DNA from: Squalus acanthias
Taxonomy: Eukaryota
Direction: 5' to 3'
Assembly (NCBI GenBank): GCA_030390025.1
Contig: CM059427.1
Coordinates: 186,806,001-186,870,000 of the forward strand
DNA: 64,000 nucleotides
Shown: one piece after another, positions 41,901 to 53,900 of the stretch
Numbering within the stretch: position 1 is the stretch's first letter
How the letters are laid out: each line of letters starts with the position of its first letter
Translations under genes and position numbers: made by a program
The notes under the pieces: model-generated
The model's input: only the letters and a program-made list of their open reading frames with translations
What the model was told of the DNA's origin: nothing
Database searches by the model: none

Positions 41901-44900
41901 TGCAGATGACACAAAGCTTGGTGGGCGTGTGTGCTGTGAGGAAGATGCAGAGAAACTCCAGTATGATTTGGACAGGTTGGGAGATTTGGCAGATGCAGTG
42001 TAATGTGGATAAATGCGAGGTTATCCATTTTAGTGGCAAAAACAAGAAGGCAGATTATGATCTGAACGGCAATAGTTTGGGAAAAGGGAAAGTGCAACGA
42101 GACCTGGGTGTCCTTGTGCACCAGTCGCTGAAGGTAAGCATGCAGGTGCAGCAGGCGGTTAAGAAGGCAAATGGTATGTTGGTCTTTATAGCGAGAGGAT
42201 TCGAGTACAGGAGCAAGAAAGTCTTGCTGCAGTTGTACGGGGCCTTGGTGAGACCACACCTTGAGTATTGTGTGCAATTTTGGTCGCCTTATCTGAGGAA
42301 GGATGTTCTTGCCATGGAGGGAGTGAGCGAAGATTCACCAGACTGATACCTGGGATGGCAGGAATGACGTATGAAGAGAGATTGGGTTGATTAGGCTTAT
42401 ATTCACTAGAGTTTAGAAGAATGAGAGGGGATCTCATTGAAACTTATAAAATTCTAACAGGACTAGACAGACTAGATGCAGGAAGGTTATTCCCGATGGC
42501 AGGGGAGTCCAGAACCAGGGGTCACAGTCTAAGGATAAGGGGTAAGCCATTTAGGACAGAGATGAGGAGGAATTTCTTCACCCAGAGAGTGGTGAACCTG
42601 TGGAATTCTCTACAACAGAAGGCAGTTGAGGCCAATTCATTAAATATGTTCAAGAAGGTGTTAGATATATTTCCTAAGGTAAGGGGATCAAGGGATATGG
42701 GGAGAAAGCAGGGACAGGGTACTGAATTTGGATAATCAGCCATGATCGCATTGAATGGCGGAGCAGGCTCGAGGGGCCGAATGGCCTACTCCTGCTTTAT
42801 CTTCTATGTTCTATGTTTCTATGTTTACTTTAATTATCCTCTTGCTCTTAATGTATTTATAAAACATCTTTGGGTTTTCCTTGATTTTACTTGCCAATAT
42901 GTTTTCATGCCCTCTCTTAGCTTTCCTAATTTCCTTTTTAATTTCACCCCTGCACTCTCTATACTCCTCTAGGTTTTCTGCAGTATTGAGCCCTCGGTAT
43001 CTGTCATAAGCTTCCTTTTTTTTCTTTATCCTAACCTGTATGCCCCTTGACATCCAGGGAGCTCTAGATTTGTTTGTCCCACCCTTTTTCTTTAAGGGAA
43101 CATACTTGCTCTGAATCCTCACTATCTCCTCCTTGAATGCTTCCCACTGCTCTGACACTGATTTACCTTCAAGTTTCTGTCTCCAGTCCACTTTGGATAA
43201 ATCACATCTCAGCTTAGTAAAATGAGCTTTTCCCCAGTTGGGAACTTTTATTCCTGGTCTATCCTTGTCCTTTTCCATATCTATGCTAAATCTAACTGAA
43301 TTATGATCACTACCACCAAAATGCTCTCCTATTGATACCCTTTCCACCTGCCCAGCTTCATTCCCTAAAACTAGGTCCAGAACCATTCCCTAAAACTAGG
43401 TCCAGAACCACCCCCTTCTTGTTGGGCTTGCTACGTACTGACTAATAAAATTCTCCTGAATGCATTTTAAGAATTCTGCTCCCTCTATACCTTTTACACT
43501 AATTTTATCCCAGTTAATATTAGGAAAGTTGAAATCCCCTACTATTACTGCCCTATATTTGCACGTCTCAGAAATTGGCCGACATATTTGCTCTTCTATC
43601 CCTCTCTGACTGTTTGAGGGTCTATAGTACAATCGTAGAAGTGTGATTGCCCCTTTTTTGCTTTTCAGTTACCCATATGGGCTCGTTGGATGATCCTTCT
43701 AAGATATCATCCCTCCTCATAGCTGTAATTGTTTCTTTAATCAATATTACAACCCCCCCTCCTTTTTTATCCGCCTCTCTAACTCGTCTGAATACCCTGT
43801 AACCAGAAATGTTGAGCTGCCATTCCTGCCCTTCTATCAACCATGTCTCAGTAATAGCTATAATATCATACTCCCACGTGTCTATCTGTGCCCTCAGTTA
43901 ATCTGCTTTATTCCCTAGACTCCTTGTGTTGACTTCCTCACTTCTGCCTATTCTTGAAGCAGGTGCTAGGCTATTAACATATTCAAATAAGGGGCCTAAC
44001 ACCTGCTTCTGCTCCCTCTTGCAAATTTGGCTTGCATCTGTGGCAATCAGCACCAGCAATGTTTACTCCCGGGAAAACAAACATTAACCTGTGCCAAATG
44101 AAAAAAAGGTAAGCACTTACCATTAGCATCTCCGACCTCACTACCGACTCCGACCTCCATGTCCTCTCTGATCTCCCCCCAATGAGGCCCCGACCTCCAG
44201 GTCCCCCCGATGGCCCTGACCTCCCCCCGATGTTGTCCCCGAGTCCCGATCACCTCCCACTGATCCTGGCCCCGTCTCCCGACCTACCTCAGAGTCCTTG
44301 CTGGGTGTTCAGACACTCAGCATGTTCAATGCTGGGCTGAATGCCACAATAATGATAATCAGCCGGCAGAAACAAGTCCCGGTGCTGCCTGCGATCTTTT
44401 TACGGGTGTGAGCAAACCTCGCCCCGTGGAGCCACTCCCGTTTACGGCCTTATCGGTTTTCTAGGCCAAAGATTCTATGTTGCCGAGGAGCAGCATGTAG
44501 ATGAGGAAGATGAGGGAGCCAAGGGGGACAAGTGGACATTATCTGTGAAATGTTCATATGAAGGGATAATTACAAGTCCTAGCCCTTTCGGACTACCCCA
44601 GATCAGGCGTATACGCCAGACGTTTACCCTCAACTAAAGTTAGCGGTAGCTGGATCCTATAAGACGCTTAATTGTGTCTAAAGGTCAGACTACCTCTCCC
44701 TAAAGGAAAGAAATGGTCTAAAGATGTTACCGTACTCCAGATAGTATTTTTAATAAGTTTAACTAGACTGTAACCTTCTGGAAATTATAAGGGTCCGGAA
44801 TAGCCCCCAGAATTCTGCAACTCCTTTGAGTGTACAGAATTTGAGTTCGCAAGATGATACAGAAATACTCTTTGAGACTATTCTAAAAATATATAGATTT

Positions 44901-47900
44901 ATTACAGAACCGACATTCAGTTAACATTTATTTTGGCAATCGCAACTTTAATTGTTCAAAATACAAATAGCTTACATTATCTTATCAGAGATCCTTATTC
45001 TCAAATCTTAACTTCGTTACATTTCCACACTTCTACTTAATTCTTAATCCAGAATATCCATCAAAATCAAATAAGAGTACCTTGATCACCCGAGACCCAA
45101 AAGTTGTAAACTTACAGAGAATATCTGTAAAGTTGAGAAATGCTTGCCTTCTCAGCTACTTCTGACTTTTCTGTTTGAAAAGGTCTATTTTTATATCTTT
45201 TTTGGGTGGCTTATCCTTTGAAGTTTTCCTATTTATGTAAGCTGTAGGGGTGGTTGTTTGTGTCAGCTTCACCTCTGACTTCTGAGCAGTTCGAATCGCT
45301 CCCACTCCCTTGGTTCAAGACCTTGGACTTATTTGGGGGTTGTGACAAAAAGTGCAGCAGACAACTGGTTTTGATGCAAGAACTTTGAACTTTATTCAAG
45401 AAAATAAAAACACAACACAAACACTCTTAACACTCTTAACACTCTAAAGTGGAGAACACTTCGGTACAAGCGAGGGAAATAACATTAGAAGAATACTTCG
45501 CCCCTCCCAATCCCACTTCACTAGCTAGGTTGGACTCTGGAGAACCAGGGATAATGCTCACCAAATGAATCCTTGACAGTTGAGAGTTAGGGTTTAGAGT
45601 CTTTTGAGTAAAATGTTTCGTAAGGCCCTTGTTGCCGCGAGGTGTCTGATGGTCACTGAGGCGGTCGCTCTGGTTTCTTCTTACGTGTCGGCCTGCTTGT
45701 TCCTTGCTGCCTGCTTGTTTCGTTGTAACTGTGTACGGTTGTACTCGAGAACTCCTTTCTGTTGTAACTGTGTAACTGCTTGTCTCCTTGAACTGCCGTG
45801 TAACTCTACTGGAGAACTCGAACTCCTGAGAACTGCTGAACTCCTTAACTTGTTGAACTCCCTTCAACAGCTTCTTGCTGAACTCCCTGAACAGCTTCTT
45901 GTTTAACTGCTTGCTGAATTCCTTGCTGCTGTGTAACTCTACTGGAGAACTCGAACTTGAACTGTTGTAACTGCTGAACTGACTTCTTGCATTGTAAGAT
46001 TTTGGAGGGCTCGTCAACAGTAACTGGTTTGTAAATGTGTGAAGTGGTTTTCGGGACGGCGCCATCCTGTTGATCTGTTGCTTAATTGTAGCTGATTATC
46101 CTTATGTTTTGGGTTTCTTGGTTGGGCCTGTAATTTCTATCGGGTAAGCCGAAGTAATTTGAAATATGCATGTTTTGATGGGGCCTGTGTTTTGGGTGGG
46201 ACTGCCTTCTCCCAGGGTCTATTGTCAAAATGTTAATATCTGCTGGGGTTTTGAGTGAGGTCATCCTGGTTCCCCAGACAGTGTAATTAACTGCAATAGC
46301 CAAACTGCTTTTACAGAGGTCGAACCCACCTCCTTGTCCCTTTACAGGCCCAGACATAGTTTTAAAATGCCAAAACTTGGTTTTTGGTCTTAAATTCCTT
46401 ATGTTAGGCCCAAATGCATTTTTATCACTCTGAGGTAGTTCCAAAGTCCTTTTTCCTTAGGTTTTGGGGATCTGTAAATTTTGGAAACCTTACAAAGCCA
46501 ATTGTATCAAGTCATTCTTTGCTGACTTTGTTCTATTCTTTATTGATATCTCTGTTGAATGCTTTTAGACTTGTGTCCTGTTTAGGTGTTTCCAAAACCA
46601 TCATAAACACAATGACAGCAATGGTTTCTGTTTGATGCAATTCTTATCGAAGTCTTTCTATTGAATTTCTAATATTACTTTAACTGGTTATTTTCAGACA
46701 TTGTGACTCCGTGGTATTCCAAGTTCAATACAAGAACAATGTAATTGCTTGGTACATCTATTGAAGTAATATTTTCAAAGTCGTCTTGTTTGTGTACCTT
46801 TTACAATTTGTAAATTAAAAACACTTCTCTGGTATCTTCATGCATTTCTAATTTACTTCAATTGGTTTTTATCAGACCTTAGGACTCCATATTTCAAGCT
46901 TAACATTAAAACTATTTGTTCAGCAGGCATTTCTTTCACTTGATGTCATTTCTTCAATGCTTTCTGTAGGTATCATATTTACAATATGTAAATTGAAAAC
47001 ACTTTAACTCAAGTGTTTACTTGTTTTCTAGCTATCTCTATTGGTTGCATATTTAATCATGTTTCCTTTCTTTAAGTTTAACATAAAACTATTTTACGAT
47101 AGGTATTTCTTACTTGATGTCATTCTTTCAAAGGCACTTGTTTTTTTTAATGTTCTGTGTACCTGTTCGACGTGTTAGATTATAACACTTTACTTGGGTC
47201 ATTCCATTGTTTTGATTCCAATGTCCAGACGCTCTGGAAGCAAACCTTTGCTTTATCAATAGGGCTTGTTTCTTGGTCAATAAACCATTCCCATTTCAAA
47301 GCCTGTGGTGTTTTACAACTTGTTAATAACTGATCTTTATCTCAGAAGCCTGTATTGTGCCTACAGCCTATGTCGCCGAGGCTTTCAGACTTTTAAACCC
47401 AGTATGTCTTTTATTAATAATTTCAGAAATCTGTTCGTAGTATCGTGTATTTTTCTGAATCCTGGCTACTCCTTCACACATAGTCAGCACTAAGCATGGC
47501 TGGTCAGCATTTGCCTGACTGTGTCTGTTTGTAGAAAAATAAAATTCTGAATGCAATAGTTGAGAAAGTTTATGGAAAGCTATACTACATGTCATTGATC
47601 TGTTTTTACAGTTGAGACAGATTCACAGAGGCCTGTAAGGGGCAGTGACATCACCCTCAGTTGTACCATCTCCAGACTCTCAGATACAGTCAGTCTTCAC
47701 TGGAAACCAAGAGACTCATCTCAGCAGAACAGGAGGAACAACACTGATGGGATCCATCTGAATAACACGGTCTATCTGATAGTCAGACACGTTGGAGCAG
47801 AAAATCAGAATTTGTACACATGGGAAGTGCAGGAAAATGACTCCATTGTTCTCACTGGAAACACAAATGTTGATGTGGATCAGAGTAAGTCCAGAGCTAG

Positions 47901-50900
47901 CTTGCAGTAGGTGTTAAATAGTTACTGATATAAAACTGTTACACACAAAGTACAGCGAGCACAGGCACCACTGTGGGCTTTTACTGCAGAATGTGGTCCT
48001 TGTTTTTGCCCTGGAACATGGGTGTAAATATAAAATGGTGACATTAAGAGCTGATGTGAACAACCAGGTGAACTCACTGGATTCATTTCGATTCACATGT
48101 ATGAATCAAAAAGAATAAAATCCATCAATCTATAAAAGCAACTGCCATTCCAGTCTATATTGGAATAGAGAAATACAAACAAATTAAATGAACACAACAC
48201 AGGTGTTACAAGATTCGGGTCTTTCCTGAGACATTCTCTTGGGTACAGTGTGCTGCTCACTCACAAAACTGGTCTGAGTGTCTTACATTTAGGGATGTTC
48301 TCATACTGCCCAATATCTGACTATATGACAGCATAAGCTAAGGGTGTAAGAATAAGCCCCCCTTGTGACCTGAACTGGATATTTGTGTCTATCGCACGTC
48401 TACATCATTAGTCATTTTGAAAGTTTCCAAAAAAACCCTTGGTGAGACAAGGCCAGTAATGAATTGTTAAACTGCTTTATTTCACAGCAAGTGAACATAC
48501 AGAATAACAGTTATGATCAGATTCACTTAGTTCAATCAGTCTCACCTGTCTTTGTGTAGCAGTTCTAAATAATGAACATGCTACACTGCTCCAAACCAAT
48601 GGGTTAAATTCTTGACTTAACCAACTTAACTCCTCACGATGTGGTCTCCTCTTCATTTGGGAGACCAAACGCAGATTGGGTGACCGCTTTGTGGAACACT
48701 TCCGTTCAGTCCGTAAGCGTGACCCTGAGCTTCCGGTCGCCTGTCACTTTAATTCTCCGCTCCACTCCCACTCTGATCTCTCTGTCCTCGGCCTCTTACA
48801 CTGTTCCAACGAAGCTCAACGTAAGCTCGAGGAACAGCACCTCATCTTTCGATTAGGCACTTTACAGCCTTCTGGACTTAACATTGAGTTCAACAATTTC
48901 AGACTATAACCTCGGCCACTATTTTTTTTCCTTTGTTTTCTCACATGGCAGCTGTTGATGATTCTTCCATCGCCATTTACACCTCATCGAGAGTCATCCT
49001 TTGTTTCTTAACTTGTCCCATTACCTCTCCTTTTGCCTTGCACCATCATCCCTTTTGTCTTTTAATCTCTTCCGCCCTCCAGCCTATCACAGACATTCCC
49101 TTTTGTTCTTTCCTCCCTGTCCCTGTCCCTGCTCCACACTTGCTTAAAAATCTGTTACTTCTCTCACATTTTCCAGTTCTAACGAAGGGTCCTCGATGGG
49201 AAACGTTAGTTCTGTTTCTCTCTGTCGATGCTGTCTGAGCTGCTGAGTGTTTCCAGCATTTTCTGTTGTTATTTCAGATTTCCAGCATCCACAGTATTTT
49301 GCTATTAACTCCTAACTACCCCCCTACATGTTAAACCTCTGAGCCTGTCCCAAGCTTGCCCTTGCAACTTTCTGTTTCCAGCCAGACTGACATTGCACCA
49401 TTTGATTGAGCTCCCTGCCTGCCCATGTCTCTCTCTCTATATTACCGTCTTCTGTTAACAACCCGAGGGAACCAAAGATGCCGATCACAATGGGTATGAG
49501 GCATTTATTGATAATCGATTGCTGAGGCAGTTTAACAAATTGATTATCTACAGTCCACGGGGAAACAACATCACTTTGACGGGGGCCATGTTTGGGGCAG
49601 ATGGACTTTGTAGCCCAACCCGGCGTTTAAACAATAGGCAGCCTGGGCCGGCAGCCAGTGTATCCGGGTCCCAGCCGATTTCCCTGTCCCAATGCTGCAC
49701 TCCCAGCTGGCTTATGCCAGGAGGGCGCTGAATGGCCCTGTGGGAATTCAGAACATCTGTATCTCAGCAGCTATATAAATCTAACACCTTGTTTCCTGTC
49801 TCTCTATTTCAGATTTACACAACAAGAGTTACACACTTTATCGGTCAGACACAGATCACAGTGAACTCTCCCTGATTTGTGAAGCTGAATCTGAGATCAT
49901 TAAAACTAAATGGACTTGGAGGTCACGTCATTTTCAGAATCAAGAGAAAGAAATAGCTTCTACTTTCAGATCTAAGCCTATCGATGTAAACAGGACCTAC
50001 TTTGGGAGTCGACTGGTGCCCACAGTGGGAAATCTTAATGGCAAGAACTTCAGTGTGAGGATTGTCCCCGTACTGTTTGAAGATGCCGGAGTTTACACAT
50101 GTTCTCTGGGGTTATTGAATTATGTGACCATTAAACTAATCACAGTTAAAGGTAGGAGACAGAATGCTGCCATTGTTTTCAATGATAAAGTTATTGTTTA
50201 AAATCTAAATGATTTTCTTGTTTCCACAGTCACAGCTGAACCATCTGATGCAGTGACTGAGGGAGACACCGTTACCCTGACCTGCTCTGTCTCTGATGTC
50301 ACTGAATCAATGAGACTTGTTTGGATCAGTAGTGATGGCAAAACTGTTGAAGAGAAAACTTTTAAGGACCAGAAGCAGGAAGAGGATTTGTTACGACTAA
50401 TTATTCAGAAAGCCAATAGAGACAGAAGGAACTGGACATGTGTTTTGTTTCATCAAAACACGCCCAGCGTTTTAATTCCATATTATCTGAAGGTTAACAG
50501 TAAGTGTCTCAGGTTTTTCTCTTTGTAACCTCCATAGAAAGTTCATCATCATAGAATCACAGAAATTTACAGCACAGAAGGAGGCCATACGGCCCATCTT
50601 GTCCGTGCCGACCGACAAAGAGCTATCTACCCTAATACCACTTTCCAGCACTTGGTCCGTAGCCTTGTAGGTTATGGCATTCCAAGTAATTTTTAAACGT
50701 GATGAGGGTCTCTACCTCTACCGCTCTGTCAGGCAGTGAGTTCCAGACCCTCACCACCCTCTGGGTGAAAAGATTTCTCCTCAAATCCCCTCTAAACCTC
50801 TGACCAATTACTTTAAATCTATGCCCCCTGGTTATTGACCCCTCTGCTAAGGGAAATAGGTCCTTCCTATCCACTCTATCTAGGCCCCTCATAATTTTAT

Positions 50901-53900
50901 ACACCTCAATTAGGTCTCCCCTCAGCCTCCTCTGTTCCAAAGAAAACAACCTCAGCCTATCCAATCTTTCCTCATAGCTAAAATTCTCCAGCCAAGCAAC
51001 ATCCTCGTAAATCTCCTCTGCACCCCTTCTCGTGCAATCACATTCTTTCTGTAATGTGGTGACCAGAACTATACACAGTATTCTAGCTGCGGTCTATCTA
51101 GTGTTTTTTTCAGTTCAAGCATAACCTCCCTGCTCTTAATATCTATGCCTTGGCTAATAAAGCAATTATCTCAAATGCCTTCTTAACCACCTTATCTATC
51201 TGTCCTGCTACCTTCAAGGATCTGTGGACATGCACTCCAAGGTCCGACTGACCTTCTGCACTTCTCAGTGTCCTACAATTTAATGTGTATTCCTTTGCCT
51301 TGTTAGCTCTCCCCAAATGCATTACCTCACACTTCTCCAGATTGAATTCGATTTGCCACTGTTCTGCCCACCTAACCAGTCCATTGATATCTTCCTGCAG
51401 TCTGCAGCTTTCTTCTTCATTATCAACCACACGGCTAATTTTTGTATCATCTGCAAACTTCTTCATCATACTTCCTACATTCAAGTCCAAATAGGTGATA
51501 TATACCACAAAAGGCAAATGGCCCAGTACTGAGCCCTGCGGAACCCCACTGGAAACAGCCTGCCAGTCACAAAAACACCCTTCAACCATTACCCTTTGTT
51601 TCCTGCCTCTGAGACAATTTTGGATCCAACTTGCCACTTTGCCTTGGACCCCATGGGCTTTTACTTTCGTGACCAGTCTGCCATGTGGGACCTTATCAAA
51701 AGCCTTGCTAAAATCCATATAGACTACATCAAACACACTACCCTCAAGTTCTTGCTGCTCTTTTGTTATGATAACCTTTTACTTTTCATATTCTATTGCA
51801 CTCCACATTACTCAGAGTTTAATCATAGGTGTTCACATATAAACAGTTTAACATCAAAAGTCAAACTATACAGCTCAAAGCAATGGAAGAAGAAATACAG
51901 TTCAGTGTTCGGTCAGACGCATTGTCAGGCAGATATAGAGGGAATACATCATTCGAGGTACAATTGTGGGGAAGGAGAGAGATGCCCTGACCTGCTCTGT
52001 CTCTGATGTCACTGAATCAATGAGATTTTTTTTGTATCAGAAATTAAAGCAACATTGTTGAATAGAAATCGTTCAATGGATGGAATTGGGAAGGGAAATC
52101 ATTGAGACTGATTATTCAGAAAGCTGACAGAGACAGAGGGAACTGGATATGTGTTTTGTTTTATCAAAACAGCCCCAGGTTTTACCCCTGTACTATCTGG
52201 AGCCCAGTGCTAAATTACTCCGCGTTTGCGCTCAATAGAAAATTATTGTCACTGATTGTTCTTTTTGCCAGAGATGATCACTCATCCTTTGTGTCCTATT
52301 TCTCTCCACTATTGCTAACAGCCTCCACATTCATAATTATTCACACCACAGTTTGAAACCACAAGAAAAGCCACACAGTGAAATTTGCCCCCTTGTCTCA
52401 GACACATTGGGGGTAATTTTGACTTCAGGCGACAGAGTCAAACGAGCGATATCGGATCAGCCGCCCGTTATACATCGCTTCTGATTTTCAGTTCCATTGA
52501 TTTCAAAGTCAAAATTGTATGGGAAGGTTGGAAGGAGCATGCAGTTTGAGATATGGAGGCTGAAGGCATGTGGCCTGGTCAGAGAGTGAGGAGAGGGAAG
52601 AGTATGTTTCCTGTCTCGCCGCCCATGATTTTCTGATCAGCACGGGCTGTGTGTGAGGCTCTGTCACTGGGGAGAGCCTCAGAAAATCTCCCCTCAGATA
52701 ACTCAGCACAGCCTGGGATCGAGTTTGGAACCTTCCCGGTCCGGATGTCTCAGATACGCATTGAGACAAGGCAAGCATTTATTTTTCAGAGCAAAAGGGT
52801 ACAGAAGCCGTTTCCATTGGTTTTCAGACCCCAAATCAATCCGAATCTTTAGGCAGATTGTTAAAAAAGAAATCACAGCAAAAAACAATTCCCAGCTGCA
52901 AAAATTGCAATTGCAAGTCTCCACTCTTCAGGCTCAGAGAAACTCTTCTTCTCTGCCTGTCTCAGCTGATCCTGGAAACATCGGAGCCTCATCACTCTCA
53001 TTCTAACTGAGGGCTCGTGCATTGTGAGCACAAGAGCAGGAAACTCGAGGCTCTGGGTGGCCTCCTGAAACAGGCTTTAGGCGTCTTCCACATGCAATTC
53101 TGGGTCCTAACGCCAACTGGAGGACCCCGATTGAAATTGGTGTACAGATGGGCGGAGCTTATGCCGGGCCAGCTCCAGCTCACTGTACCAGGTTTTGAGT
53201 GGATGAACCACTGGTGTTTAACAGGACCGTTGGAGGCCGCTCAAGAAATGGCCGTAAAACCTTTTAACAGTTACATTTCTGTGGAGCCAGGGGGAGATGG
53301 AGTGCTTCTCCTGGCTCCACAATAATACTGCGGCCTGGGTTCGACCTCCACACAATCCCACGGGTTTGGCTCCCCAAAGGACCTACCTGTGGGCTGGTTC
53401 AGCATCGAAGCTGGCTGGAATTCATCAGGCCCCCACTGGGACACAACGATTGGCGTCTGCGGATCGTCTGTTTCATTCTAATGAGGGCTGATGGTGAATT
53501 TCATCTGGCCCCAGGCCGGCAGGGACCGGCGCTCAAAGCAATCACTTCGCCAACTTGATGCCCATTTTGGGCCCAAGTTCAATTTCTCAGACTTGGAACC
53601 TGCAGATTTAAAAGCAGAGGAATGAAAGGGGACCTTAAAGAGCTTTATAAGATAATGAATGGAACAGAAAATATTGGTCTGGAGGAAAATCTCTGGACTG
53701 GTATAAGAGGCAGTTGGAGACTGTGATGATGAGACTGTAAGATTACATCGAAGGATTAGCTGGAGGAACCGACTATCTTCCCTCATCCCTTGTCTTTATT
53801 TATCCTCATAATAATAAGGTTGAGTCCATGAGGGTGCTGCAGAAAATGAAAACAAAGGTGTAGTGTTAGGAGATTTAAATCAGTCAGGAAATATTAAAAG

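Larger units (their letters stand above)
35350..43930 (-). mobile_element. CR1 LINE, outer layer of the nest (pieces 35350-37107 and 42827-43930)
   Basis: Reverse-strand ORF2 fragments are collinear across the gap with the CR1 at 18993-22520. Confidence 0.88.

Noticed and set aside
36030-42743. Many antisense ORFs in the ORF track
   Set aside because: Shadow frames of CR1 ORF2.
43360-43409. 25-bp tandem duplication in CR1
   Set aside because: Ordinary slippage in a dead element.
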